DNA of 64,000 nt, taken from positions 40,598,586 to 40,662,585 of the forward strand of contig NC_068986.1 in assembly GCF_001194135.2 (NCBI RefSeq). The letters are read 5' to 3'. A program made the translations under genes and the position numbers. The notes below the pieces were generated by a model. That model was not told where the DNA came from and searched no databases. It saw only the letters and a program-made list of their open reading frames with translations. Source of the stretch: Octopus bimaculoides. Its lineage: Eukaryota. Positions 37,901 to 52,488 of the stretch are shown in pieces (positions within the stretch are counted from its first letter, which is position 1; each line of letters starts with the position of its first letter).

Positions 37901-40113
37901 CTGGTGATACACAACAACAAATATAGAACATGTGTCACTTAGAAAGAAACTATAATATATTCTGTTTTTCTCTCAGTCAATAAGGAATTATTATTTATTT
38001 GCTTATCATATACTGGCATGTTTGTTTTGTAAATTAATTTTTGTTTATTCCTTTTGATATGATGTACAAAGAAGTAGATTCCCTTTCTAGCAAATATGTA
38101 GACCCTCCCCTACATTAATTAATAATTCTTCATTGTATCTCTGCAGCTACATCTACTGGACAGATTGGGGAGACCGACCCAGAATAGAGCGAGCAGATAT
38201 GGATGGTAATAACCGGCTCACAATTATTTCAAAAGCTCTCAAGTGGCCTAATGGGCTGACTATTGATAAAGAAACTCGAAGACTGATTTGGAATGATGCC
38301 ACTACAGAAGTAAGTTATCATTTGGTATCACACATTGATCTATACTCATCATCACTTAATATCCACTCTTCCATGCTTATACGGGTCTGATGGAACTTGT
38401 TGAGATAAATTTTCTATGGTTGTATGCCCTTCCTGATGGCAATCCTCATTTGTTTCTTAGCAAGGTAATATTTTCCCAGGACCAGACATGTCTTGGAAAT
38501 TTGGAAACCAACAACTTTGCTTGTATGATGATGATGCTTAGTTTACTACTGTCATGTGATGTCTAGACAAGATTACACATACATAAATACACACACACAT
38601 TCATATAAGCACGTCTTTCCATTTTTGTCAACCAAATCCGCTCATAAGGCTTTAGTTGGCCTGGGGCTGTAGTAGAAGACACTTTCCCAAAATACTGCAC
38701 TGTAGGACTGAACCCAAAACCACATTGTTGAGAAGCAAGCTTCTTAACCACACTGTCACATCTGAATAAATTACTCAGTGATGACTTGATAACAAGTGAA
38801 TGGAACATTTAAAATCTGACCAGAAATAATTGTCTGGTGAGAGGAACAAGTCTTCTGTATGTAAATGTATCTTCATCGATTTTACATGTTACTATAGCTA
38901 CCACTTCTGTCCAAGCTGGCACTGATTGGACAGTATTTTTGAGGTAGTGTTTTATGATTGGATGCCTTTCTTGATAGCAAGCCATTTAGTCACTTCTTGC
39001 AACAGATAATGAACTTATTTTAACAGCTGGATACATGGTAATAATGACATCATCATCATCATTGTTTAACGTCTGTCTTCCATGCATGCATCGGTAGGAT
39101 AGTTGACAGGAGCTGGCCTGATAGAAGACTACCCCAGGCTACTGTGTCTGCTTTTGCAGAGTATATTTATATATGTATTTGTGTGTGTGTGTGTGATCAT
39201 ATCATATACATTTGATTTCCATGCTGGCATGGATTCATTGGGTCATTATGGTCTATATTAGTTCATATTCAATATTTCTCTTGTCTTAATCAGGTGAAAA
39301 GTTCATGTTTTGCTCATACATTTCATTTCTGGTTTGGTTTCTACATTTGGATGTCTTTGTATCACCAACTACTTTTAGTAAAGTAGTTGGTGATACAAAG
39401 ATCATATTGGGTGCATTTTACCATGACACCAACACTGGAAGGGTTCTTTTGTATCTCATAAGTGTAAAGAGTTCTTTCTACCTTGATGCGTTCAATGTCA
39501 CCACATAGGTGATGTCATTGTTTATGTCTGCTATAAAAATATGTCTGGCCACTCCGAGGCTTGTCATGTGAAAGATCAAGGGAATCAAGTAAGGGTTGGT
39601 GATAGGAAGCACATCATACCATAGAATACTGCTTCAACAAGTCTCATGTAACATACAGTGAGTTATTATCATCATCATTGTTTTAATGTCCACTTTTCCA
39701 TGCTTGCATGTGTCCAATGGGGTTTATTGAGGCAGCTATTTCTATGATCAGCTGTCCTTTCCATTTGCTAATTCTCACCTGTTTCAAAGGAAGGTAATAT
39801 TTTTTCATGACCTGACATGGGCTCACACAATATTGGAAATAAATGACATGACTCTATGACAGTACCAATCATTTACAATTATTCCCCCAATATCAAGACA
39901 AGCAGATGCAAATATATACACTCAGACGCATATACATACATATGCAGATATACATAATCAATGGGCTTCTTTCAGTTTCCATCTACCAAATCTACTCACA
40001 AAGCTTTGGTTGGCATGGAGCCATAGTAAAAGACATTTGTCCATGGGACCACACAGTGGGATTGAACCTGAAACCAAGTAGGTGAGAAGTAAATTTCTTA
40101 ACCTGCATCTCTG

Positions 40114-40164
<51 letters not shown>

Positions 40165-42441
40165 AGTGTGTATGCACACACACACACATACACGCACATA
40201 TGTATATTTTATCATCAATGCCTACATCAGTTTTGTGTATGTGATGTTATTTCTATTTGATATTGTTTTTCTAGGTTATAGAATGTTCAGATCTCAATGG
40301 GAAATCACGGCAAAAACTTGTCTCTAAGCTTCTTCACCCTTATGGACTGACAGTGGCAGGTCCTTTCATCTACTGGACAGATTGGCGAACAAGATCAATC
40401 CACCGAGCTGACAAGATGACTGGTGAAGGGGCTATGGTTGTTCGAAGCAACATTCCTGGACTGATGGATCTACGAGCTGTTCACATGGACAGAACTGGTA
40501 ACTATAGTAACATCTCTCACCTGGATTTTTTTTGTGAAGTGAAGTTGAAATATGTCTTCACTATCATTATATCATTTACTTTTGCTCGTGTTTTCTTTTT
40601 CCCTGTTTTTTTTTTTTGTGGGTGGGGTGCTATTTTCTTTCTCCTTCGCTTCTGTCATGAATCCCAGAACTCATATGGCTGGAGCTTATGAGGTGGCATC
40701 AAAAAGTTCCTGGACTAGTTACGTTTAGTAAAAAATAACTTATTTACTTAAGTTTTGATATCATCTCCTTTGAAATAATCACCTTGTGCAACAATACACC
40801 TGTCCCAGCATTCCTGCCACTTTTGGAATCCGGTTTGGAAGTGATTTTCCATAAGCAAGTCGAGGACCTTCTGCAATTCGCTCTGGATCCCGACAACGAT
40901 GTTAAGTCAGCGACCTTTGAGCTGCACTTTCATCTTAATGAAGAGATGAAGTCCGCAGATGCTAAATCTGGCAAATAGGGCAGGTGCAGAAGCAATACCA
41001 TGTTGTTTGGGGCGTAAACCTCATGAGTGAGGAGAACTCAACGGCAGGGTGCATTGTCTTCATGAAGAATCCAATTCTTCATGCTTCACAGGTCCAGTCA
41101 CTTTCACCAAATTTCCTCCTTAAAACACTTCAAAACGTCGCAGTAGGACTCTCAATTGACAGTCTGGCCTTGAGGGACAGATTCTCAGTGCACAATACCA
41201 CATTTCCAGATGTGACACTTGTGGCAGGTCTTCCAGGGACGTTCTTCCACTTTTGAAGCACTTATATCACTCAAAACATTATCTACGATCCATTGCCTTG
41301 TTGTCATAAGCTTGCCAAAGCTTGCTCAATGTCTCTGTAGCAGACTTCCCAAGATGAATGCAAAATTTCACATTGGCTCTTTGTTCCTGTCCATGACAAA
41401 CTCACAGACTACAGCATACACATGATCACAAGAACAAAAATTTCACAACTTGTAAAATAAATACAGTGATGTCACTCAGCACATTGCCTCATAAAGATCA
41501 CTGCTAGCTCTCACTCTGCACACAACCATGTGCTGCCATCTGTTGGTGTGCTACAGAAATAGTCCAGGAACTTTTTGATACCACCACATACATCAGTTTC
41601 CATGGTATATATGTAACTGAGATTACACTAAACACTTGGCCACACCTTCACACACATTTACTTTACTAGATGACAATTAACCTCTGGTGTCTTCTTTGAT
41701 TAGTGCTTGTCATAGAATTTTATACAATTCAAAGGTGGTCTCTGGTTACTGTGTGAAAAACAAAATTCAAACTTATTTTAGTAAGAACTTCCTGCCAAAA
41801 GATTTTCAGTTTATACCATATGCACTTTTTTTTTCTTGCAAATAAATATTCTAAATTAATGAGTTATTCAAGTGTTCTTTTAAACTGGGAGTCATATGTT
41901 GTGTGGTTCTGATTTACAGTTTTATTTTTGTTTAATTAAAACAAATTGTTTGCCCAATTATCAACATGACTATGCATTGATTTTGTCTATATTAACTCTT
42001 ATTTACTCCTTTTCCAGAATACCCAATCAACCGTTGTGGTAAAAGTAACGGTGGCTGCAGCCATCTTTGTCTTCCAAATCCAAAGGGTTTCAGCTGTGCC
42101 TGTCCAACGGGATTGCTACTCACTCAGGATAAAAAAGCGTGTCAATCCAGTGAGCAGACATTCAAGTTTCTATTTCAAAATCATTCCTACATTTCTTTTT
42201 CATTCTTTTCTCTCTCACTATAATCTATAGGAAATTCCCACCTTTAATGTGCGGCTTAACAGTAAATGATTCTGAACAAGAATTTTGTTTTATCTCTTAC
42301 TTGTTTTAGTCATTGGACTGCAGGATTTAGTTGAACAAATCACTAGTACTTCTTTTATTGATTTTCTTTCGCCAAACCACTAGATTATAGGAATGTAAAC
42401 AAAATAACACCGGTGGGAGGAACAAATGTAAACATGAAGAG

Positions 42442-42490
<49 letters not shown>

Positions 42491-45400
42491 TATGTACACA
42501 ACAGGTTTCTACAGTTTCCATTATCAAATTCACTGATTAGACATTGGTCAGCCCAGTTAGTAGAAGGCCCTTACCCAAGGTGCTGTGCAGTGGGACTGAA
42601 CCTGAAATCGTAGTTGCAAACCAAGCTTTGTAACCATACAGCCATACCTATGTTTGATTTTTTTTTTTTTTTTTCATTATAATTCCTGATAAGGTGGTGA
42701 GCTGGCAGAATCGTTAGCATGCTGGACAGAATGCTCGGCGGTATTTCGCCTGTCGTTACATTCTGAGTTCAAATTCCACTGAGGTTGACTTTGCCTTTCA
42801 TCCTTTTAGGGTCGATAAATTAAGTACCAGTGAAACACTGGGATCAATGTAATCGACTTAATCCCATTTCCCAAGCTGCCCTTGTGACAAAAATTTAAAA
42901 TCATTATTTGATTCTTGATTCTTGAAGCCAAGTAAAACTGAGCAGTGAACGATAAATTTTGAACTTATATGCTAATGTTTATTGATTCTGTTACATTTTA
43001 TTTGCTACTGATTACCAATTTTAATAAAGCCATCACATCAGTTTACATCCATTTTAACCCCTATGCTGACATGGGTGGATTGCTCTTAGAACATTTCATA
43101 TCACTCTTTGCAATTCTTTGTCCTCTGTCACACATTAACAGAAGAAAAAGAGAAAGACACCAGCCAGTTCTGTTGCGTATGTTATGTTATTTCTGGCATG
43201 GTTGGATACCCTTCCTATCACTTCAGCATGGACTGAATGTACTTTATCATGTTATCAACACTAGAGATATCAACTAATGAAAGCAAACAGTCTTCTATAC
43301 TCTTCTTCTATTTGCTCCTCAACATTTTAGCATTTAGATTACTCTTTCAAACATAATGCTTATTCATTCACACTGTTTAGAATGAATCATACAGTATCTT
43401 ATATCTTTGCAACTTCGATGATGGGATTTTTTATATTTAGAATGACATTGTAGAGTAAGAGTGAGAGGTTGGATCTGGTCAGTTTGAACATAAAACATAA
43501 AAATATTTTATACAGATAAGGTCAGTTTAAATGTTAGCTTGCGAAGACTTATTGGGGCAAGCGAAAGCGAAATTGTGATGGCACTTGTGCCCGCGACATG
43601 CATAAGGACTTTCGAGCGAGATTGTTGCCAGTGCCCCTGGACTGGCTCTTGTGCGGGTGGCACATAAAATACACCATTTTGAGCGTGGCCGTTGCCAGTA
43701 CCACCTGACTGGCCTTCGTGCCGGTGGCACGTAAAAGCACCCACTACACTCTCTGAGTGGTTGGCGTTAGGAAGGGCATCCAGCTGTAGAAACTCTGCCA
43801 AATCAGATTGGAGCCTGGTGTAGCCATCTGGTTTCACCAGTCCTCAATCAAATCGTCCAACCCATGCTAGCATGGAAAGCGGACATTAAACGACAATGAT
43901 GATGATGATGAGGGTTAATTGCTTATGTTTACTGATTCTAGAAATTTATGTTGGTTGGGTCATGTACACAGGATGGACAACAACAGCCTCCCCAGACAAA
44001 TCCTTTACTCTCAACTATGCAAGGGGAAAAGAAATCAGGGATGATCTAGACGGAAATACAAAGATACTGCAAAAAGGGATGAGAAGTGGAAAAGAATTGA
44101 TCATAATAAATAACAAACTCAGTTGAAAACCCAGCCAATATAGAGACAGCTTATCAAGTTATGCTAAAGCCATGAACAGTCATAGTTATGACAACTGATT
44201 ATGGATAATATTAATCATGATAATTATAATGATAACTGATTCTAATAAAGTGCATTTACTATAGTATTTTCTCTTCTGTTTCAGTGCCAAGTGTGTATTT
44301 ATTATTCGCCAGTCGTGGTAGCATCAGGAGAATCTCTCTTGACTCAAATGATTATACAGATGTATACATTCCCTTGCCTGATGTACACAATGCAATTGCT
44401 TTAGATTTCGATATCCAAGATAGTAAAATTTATTACACTGATGTTACTCTTGATGTAATCAGGTGAGTGAAGCTTCAGCTATTCTTGTCTTTTTTTTTTT
44501 TGTTACCAATATGTATTAATCTCTTGAAGAAGGTTACTCAGAGACACTTATGTGCCCCTGAGTCCAATGGATTCAGGGTAGATGAGGCCCTTCAGCTATT
44601 TAGCTGCTCATCTAAGAGAAGGTTATTACAAATAAATTCTGCTTCCTGATAAATACTGAGGTCATGGCACTTGTTGCACTAGACCAGTACAAGGAGGAAT
44701 TGAACTGGCGCTGCACAAACCATGTCCTCTAAGCTCATGCTGCCCTGTGGGATAATTTATTGAGCATTTGAGAAAGGCTAAGAGAGTAAACCCCTAAAAA
44801 AAATCCAAAGGAATTGACTAAGGCATATATATACAGTTATACTTGACCAATATCTGGCATCAACTGTGGTTCTGTGAAAGCTGTGATTATATTGACTTGT
44901 CCTCCCTTCGTGTCATATCCATGTGTGAAGAAGTGGTAATTGTACTTGGAGCTAGGCACTTGCTTTGGGAAACAGCCCAGGAACAGCAGAGGTGGTTAAG
45001 TTTTTTTGCAATGCTGTTGACCAACAATGAAAAAGGCCAACCAAAACCATTGATGCCCAAGGCCTTACCTCTTCCCTCTCATTCATTTGTTTGCTTATTA
45101 TATATTACACTATGGAAATATCATGGTTCATTTTTAAGTTTATCTCTACAGATTTTCTATAGGGTTCAGATCCAGCTTTGAAAGTTACAATGTTTCATAT
45201 ATGAATATGTCTATATAAACAATACCATCAAAGATAGAAAAAATAGGTAATAAGTGTGTATGTAGATTTCAAGAGCACAACATCCAACCCATCAACTGGT
45301 AAGTTTAGTGGGTATTTAAGGAATGCATTCGTGGATAGTTGATGGGTTGGATCTGATACTGATGAAAGAGCAATAACTCTTGAAATATGCATGTACACCC

Positions 45401-47080
45401 ATTACCAATTTTTTCTATCTTTGATTGCACCGTTTACATAGATGTATTCATATACAAGATGTCATAACTTTTGGTGCTGGCTTTGAACTCCATAGAAAAT
45501 CTGTTGAGATAAACTTACAAATGGGCTTTGCTAATGTTGAGATTAGATTTGCCATAGTTACAAATGTATTTGCAGAACTAAGCTCAGATATGTTCTTCCC
45601 TTTCGTTTATTAGGCGAGCTAGTCTGAATGGAAGTAATATGGAGGAAATTGTACATAAAGGTTTATCAACAACCGATGGTTTAGCTGTTGACTGGGTTGC
45701 AAGGAATGTCTATTGGACAGACACTGGTAAGTTTTGGCTATCAGAGCTATTATATTTTACTTTACATCACAATTGGTGAACACTAATGTCATTGATTACA
45801 GGTTTCCAATGGGCCAGTCCCTGGTTCACTAATTACAATGGCTGATGTAACAAAGGACTGTGTATAATTCAGTGCAGAAGAAATGTCTCACTAGATTTCC
45901 TTCACAAAGGACTGGCTTGATTTACTTACCAATGTTTATATCCTTTGGCAGTGTGCAAAGAATGTAAATTTAATGTCATTTAATGTCCCTGTTCCATGCT
46001 GGCATGGGCTAAATGGTTCAACAGGAGACTTAGGGTCTCAGGATTGTATCACGCTCCAGTGGTTGATTTCGTATAGTTTATACAGTAGGATGCATCTCCT
46101 GACGCCAACCACTTTACAGTGTGCACTAGGTGCAGTTGGCATTAGTGAGTATGCTATGCAGATTGTAACATATTGATGCTATATCAAGTTGGTAATAAAT
46201 TCCTTATGGAACGAGGTTGTTGCCAGTGCCGCTGGACTGGCTCCTATGCAGGTGGCACATAAAAAAACACCTTTTGAGCATAGCTGTTGCCAGTACCGCT
46301 TGACTGGCCCTTGTGTCGGTGGCACGTAAAAGCACCCACTACACTCTCAGAGTGGTTGGCGTTAAGAAGGGAATCCAGCTGTAGAAACTCTGCCAGATCA
46401 GATTGGGGCCTGGTACAGCCAGCTGGCTCGCTAGTCTTCAGTCAAACTGTCCAACCCATCCCAGCATGGAAAATGGACATCAAACAATGACCGATGATGA
46501 AAAGCCAAAAACCATTCAAGATCTAATCCTTCTCTTTCCTATACAATTTTTATGATTCTTTGCATTCTCTCTTTCAGGTCGAGATGTGCTTGAAGTTGCC
46601 CGCATTGATGGGTCAAGTAGACGTGTGCTAATTTCCAAAGACCTGGATGAACCACGAGCAATTGCTGTGTTCCCAAAGAAAGGGTAAGAATTACCAAATT
46701 TAACTTTCTATTAGTGTTGTTGCTGTTGTTGTCGTCTAACCCCAAATCAGCCTGATCAAGCAGACATGTAATCAAAGACGTTCCAGCCAAGACCATCCCA
46801 TTTTTTTGCATATCTAGTATGACTATGCTGAATGTATCACCATCATCTTAATGCCCACTTTTCCATGCTAGTGTGTGTCAGACCGAATTTTTATGGCCAG
46901 ATACCCTTACTTATTTCTAAGAAAGATAATATTTCCCGATGATCAGACATGCTTTTCCAGATTGGAAATGAAGGATATTGCTTACACGACAGTGACATTC
47001 AACGTCAATGCAAGGTGACAGTACACATACATGCATATGGTCCAACCCATGCCAGCATGGAAAACAGATGTTAAATGATG

Positions 47081-47120
<40 letters not shown>

Positions 47121-50100
47121 GGGTTTATTTTACTTTTCCATCTACCAAATCCACTAACAAGATTTTGTTCAGCTCAGGGCTATAGCAGAAAATAACTTGC
47201 CCAAGGTACCATGCAGTGGGACTGGAGCTGAACCCAGAATCGTGTGGCTGGGAAGCATACTTCTTACCCCACAGCCACACCTGCACCTATCATCCTTCTT
47301 AATTTTTGCCAAAGATAGTAGGCTATGATTTGAGAGCTAATTGTCTATTATGTCTTGCAGGTCAGGCAGACAGAAACTCTAGTGCTTAGTGTCTGTTCCC
47401 TCTTTCACACACATATTCTTTTTGTTGTTGTTTGATTGAATCAGCTTTCTTCAAAACTCCAAGCTGTATTTACATATAAACCTTACCTAACTCTTGTGGT
47501 TCAATGAAAAGTTAAATCTTTGTCTCCCCCACCTCTTCCCATTCTCTCTCACTATCTCTGTCTGCCCCCTATCTCTCTCCCCCCTTCTCCCTTCTTTCTG
47601 TTATTGCTCTTAGAATTTTAAAAGTTCCCTTAAATCTTTTCTTCTGCAACATTTAATAGGACATTTTGTAGTTATTGGTATTTAGCCCCAAGTCAAAAGC
47701 ATTCTACCCATGGCTAACTCATTTTCATTTCAGACATTATGTGTCTAAGATCACAAAATCTAATGTGTTCTTTCCGTTTTTATGATGGTAGAGAGTGATT
47801 TGAGGTAGATTAGGCTACTTTTTCTTGAAAGTCAAGTGACTACATAAAGACTCCTCCTTCATTATCCTATTGTGGTTGTTGTTTATATTATTAAGTAGCT
47901 CCAATCAACTTACAATATTCACAACAAAAATGTCTTAGAACCATTTACATTTATATATATAACAAATAGGATCTGTCGTGAGGCTAAATATTTAAGTTTG
48001 AGTCAGTCAAGTCCTATTAAGATGTCTCTCAGTCTATTTTTAAATTGAAAAGTGGTGAGATATTGATGATAATAATAATAAATTGGCTCTGATTAAGCAA
48101 ATGTTGGATCAAAGATATTTCAGGTGTGACCAGCTTTTATTTTTATATTTCTAAGCATGCTATACCTTGGGTTACTTATTCAAAGTGTCCTCACCCATTT
48201 TCTTTAAGACTGTATGATATGATTTGACTGACTTTTGGTTACTATTTCTAGCATACTGACTGATCATATTGACGTTTCCTTGTTGGTTCTGTACATTGAA
48301 ATGTATTACCTCTTTGTTTCACAAAATAATAACAGTGAAGAATGGTAATGAAATATGTGAAGAAAAATTTCCTAAGATAAAGATTACATTTAACTTAGCT
48401 CTTCAACTTCAAATAAATTGTGTAGATATTTTTTTTCTTGAATTCATATCTCCTGGAACGATTCCTATTCATCTGAAATTTAATACATGTATATAAACAA
48501 TTTATCTTGGAGGATAAAGTTGTCACAATTTAAGTATAATTTTATATTAAAAGTTTTCCATTTCCAGGCATTATATAATTATTATGCACAGCATGTCAGA
48601 TGCTGGAGGCAATTTGAAATTAGAAAGAAAATAATGACAAAATCATTTCCCCCTCCAAAAATCAATTTTTAAAACATGATATTCATTATTAATAATCATT
48701 ACTTCATTTATTCCTGATCTCAAAATAGAATTTTTATTTTTATAAACCATAAATTTCAGGTTGATGTTCTGGACTGACTGGGGAAAAGTTCCCAAAATAG
48801 AACGTGCCTTCTTAGATGGAACCAGCCGCAAAGCTATTGTAACAGCAAACCTTGGTGGGTAACAGAATATTTCCTTTCTTTATGTCACACACACATACAC
48901 ACACACAAATATGCATTGTCATCACCTGTATTTCATCTTTTTAACATCCACTTTTCTACAATCATATGGGATGGATGGAATTCATTGAGGCAGACTTTCT
49001 GTGGTCAGATGTCCCTCCTGTCACCAGCCCTCACCTGTTTCCAAGTAAGGTAATATTAACTACTGGACGGACATGTTTTCATGGAATATTGGAAATAGAC
49101 ACCACTTGTAAGACAGTGATGCTCATTTACAACTATCACATGATATCAAGAGAAGTAGACACTAATACACACACATATACACATATGACAGGCATCTTTT
49201 CGTTTCCATCTACCAAATCCAGTCATAAGGCTTTGACTGGTCTGAGATTGTGGCAGAATACACTTGCCCAAGTTGCCATGCAGGGAACTGTCCAGACTCC
49301 AGCTGTCTGTTGTGACATGGTTTCTACAGCTGGATGTCCTTTTTGTTTCTCTTTCTCCCTCTCTCTGTCTCTCTGTCCATCTGACTGTCCTCTCTTTCTG
49401 TCTGTTTGTCTTCCTCTCTCTCTCTCTCTCTTTCCCCCTCCCTCTCTCTCTCTCTCTCTTTCCCCTCCCTCTCTCTCTCTCTCTTTNNNNNNNNNNNNNN
49501 NNNNNNNNNNNNTTGTCTTCCTCTCTCTCTCTCTCTCTTTCCCCCTCCCTCTCTCTCTCTCTCTCTTTCCTCCTCCCTCTCTCCCTCTCAGACTCTCTTT
49601 ATCTATCTGCTTATCACTGTCTTTATATTTGCATTTGATTATCAACTTGACCATTTTCAACTCAGAGTTTTATACCGTTTCCAAGACAAACCGTTTCCAA
49701 AGACAAGAAAACACGTGCATATTCAGAAACACTTGAAATTCCATATTCACCAGCCACTTTTCTTGTATTAGCAGTAGTACCCATATTACTATTGTGTTTA
49801 GTCTCATATATTAACCTTCCATGTTTTTTACTCTTATCATTCAATATTGTTTCAGGTTATCCAAATGGATTATCCATTGATTATGCTGCTAAAACCCTGT
49901 ATTGGGTTGATGCAAAGCTTGACAAAATAGAGCGGTCTGATTTGAATGGTGAACACAGAATGGAAATAATTAAGCAAATCCCTCATCCTTTTGGTCTGTC
50001 AGTGGTAAGTTATACACTTATTATCATCATCATTATCATCATTTAATGTACGCCTTCTATGCTGGCATGGGTTGGATGGTTTGACAGGAGCCAGCCAAGC

Positions 50101-52419
50101 AGAAGACTACCCTTGGCTACTGTCTCTGTTTTGGCAGTGTTTGTATGGCTGGATGCCCTTCCTAACAATAACCACTCTGCAGAGTGGACTCAGTGCTTTT
50201 TATGTGGCACCAACACAGGTGAAGTCAGTTTTGGCATAGTTTTTACTGCTGGATGCCCTTCCAAATGCCAACCACTTTACAGTGTGGACTGGATGCTTTT
50301 AACACAGCACCAGCACCAGCAGGGTTACCAAATAACTTGCAAAACAAGGATTTTTGAGAGGGAATCTTGTGTCAGATGGCAAAAGGTTAGAGTGTGTCAG
50401 AGAGATCGAGAGGCAGAAACAGGTGTCTTGCTATAACGGAGGGGACATTGGAGGAAGTGATCTGGTGTCAGATGATGAAAGGTTAGAGTATGACAGAGAG
50501 GCAGAAACACACACATACATACAAATAAATACACACACATACACATTGTGGAGGCGCAATGGCCCAGTGGTTAGGGCAGTGGACTCGCGGTCGGAGGATC
50601 GTGGTTTTGATTCCCAGACCAGGCGTTCTATGTGTTTATTGAGCGAAAACACCTAAAAGCTCCACGAGGCTCCAGCAGGGGGTGGTGGCAACCCCTGTTG
50701 TACTCTTTCGCCTTAACTTTCACTCACCCTTTCTTCCTGTTTCTTGAGTAATGCTGTGATGGACTGGCATCCTGTCCAGCTGGGGAAACACATACACCAT
50801 GGAAACCGGGCCCATGAGCCTGGCTAGGCTTTAAAAGGTGCATAAAAAAAAAACACATATAAGTACAAACAATAGGCTTCGATATAGTTTCCAGCTATGA
50901 AAGCTGTTCACAATAAGTCTATGTTAAAATGGAAGAAACTTGCTCAAAATGTTACAAGATAGAACTTTAGACCATGTAGTAACAAAGTACATTCTGTATC
51001 AACATGCCTGTGTTTGTGCCTATATATGTATGTATGTACATATGTATGTATGTGCAGGAGGGTGCATAGCATAGTGGTTAGGTAGCGAAATTGTTTTTCC
51101 ATTTCCCAGACTGGGCAGTGTGTTGTGTTCTTGAGAAAAAACACTTTACCTCATGTTGCTCTCTGATCACTTTGACACCTGACGTGTGGCAGATGATGGC
51201 AAGCAGAGTTTTATTCGTTTTGAATGAAAAATGTGTTGAGTATACAGACTAAAACATTAATAGCATAGCTTATTTTAGATAGAGAAGCAAATAGCTGGGT
51301 GATCAGCCTAACTGACAATCAGCTGAGAAATCAGTAATCCATACTCACACCAACTGAGTCCACCTCACTGTAAACAAGATGTAGTATTTATTACTGCAAT
51401 GACCAATGAGTTTTGGTCTCTTCTGCCCCTTTCCTTCATGCATTTCAGAGGCCGTGTGAATAAATCATGTGTGCCACTCTTCCTTCTATGACTAAAAAGG
51501 GAAGAAAGAAAAAATTCTGAAAAACCATGGAAACCTGCTTTGAATTCTGTCTAGAATTTTTCTGTTTTATTTATTTATCTATTTATTTATTAATTTTTCA
51601 GTTTGAAAATTATATCTACTGGACTGATTGGAGAACAAAATCGATTCACAGAGCCAGCAAAAAGACAGGACTTGACAGAATTGTTATTCAGAACAACATG
51701 GAAGGGCTAATGGCAATCAGTGTTGTATCTCCCCTTCGGCAGACAGGTCAGTTAATTCTACCTTCTTTTTAACCCTTTTATGCACTTCAACAAAGAACAA
51801 AGCTGTGTTACTACTCCTGTCTGTGCCATAAATTCTGTGTCCTCACAGGTGAGGAAACCGTTGCAGTGGTGATAATTTATTGACCACATAGATGCAATAT
51901 ACCCTGACCCACTACAGTGAAAGGTCTACTGTCTGTCTTTGGTTCTAAGAAGCTAGAGCTCTTGTCCCTTACTTGGTGAACGAGTGCAAACAGCATCTGC
52001 AAATCAAATTTTATAGTGACAAGCATTTGTGTGAAATGAGTGCCACTCTCTAAATCCTTCATGCCATTAAATTGACAATTGCCAAACCAAAACTACTAGA
52101 ACTGGCCACATACTACAAACACTCCAGGTTTAAAGTGAGGGTGTCTTTCTCACTTGTAGATGTACATACACTTCTAAAAGTGCGCATGCACACACACTCA
52201 TACATGCAAATGCATGTATACATAGTAATGGATGTATTGTGACTCTTTTGGAGTTCATTCACTCTTTTTCATCTCACAAAAGTGTCTAAAAACCACCCTC
52301 CTCAACAAGCAAGCTCAGTGGGCTTGCTAGCTTACTCACCTATGGTCCAACCATATGCAAATTGTACTGGCTTACATGATTTCCAGATATTGGTCTTTAT
52401 TATCAGATATCTGATTTCG

Positions 52420-52488
<69 letters not shown>

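Noticed and set aside
49395-49575. Duplicated CT-rich block
   Set aside because: It flanks an N gap in low-complexity sequence; likely an assembly artefact.
51861-51916. C/D-box snoRNA-like motif with terminal stem
   Set aside because: The C box is imperfect (TGATAA) and only 28 nt separate the boxes, too short for a guide snoRNA.
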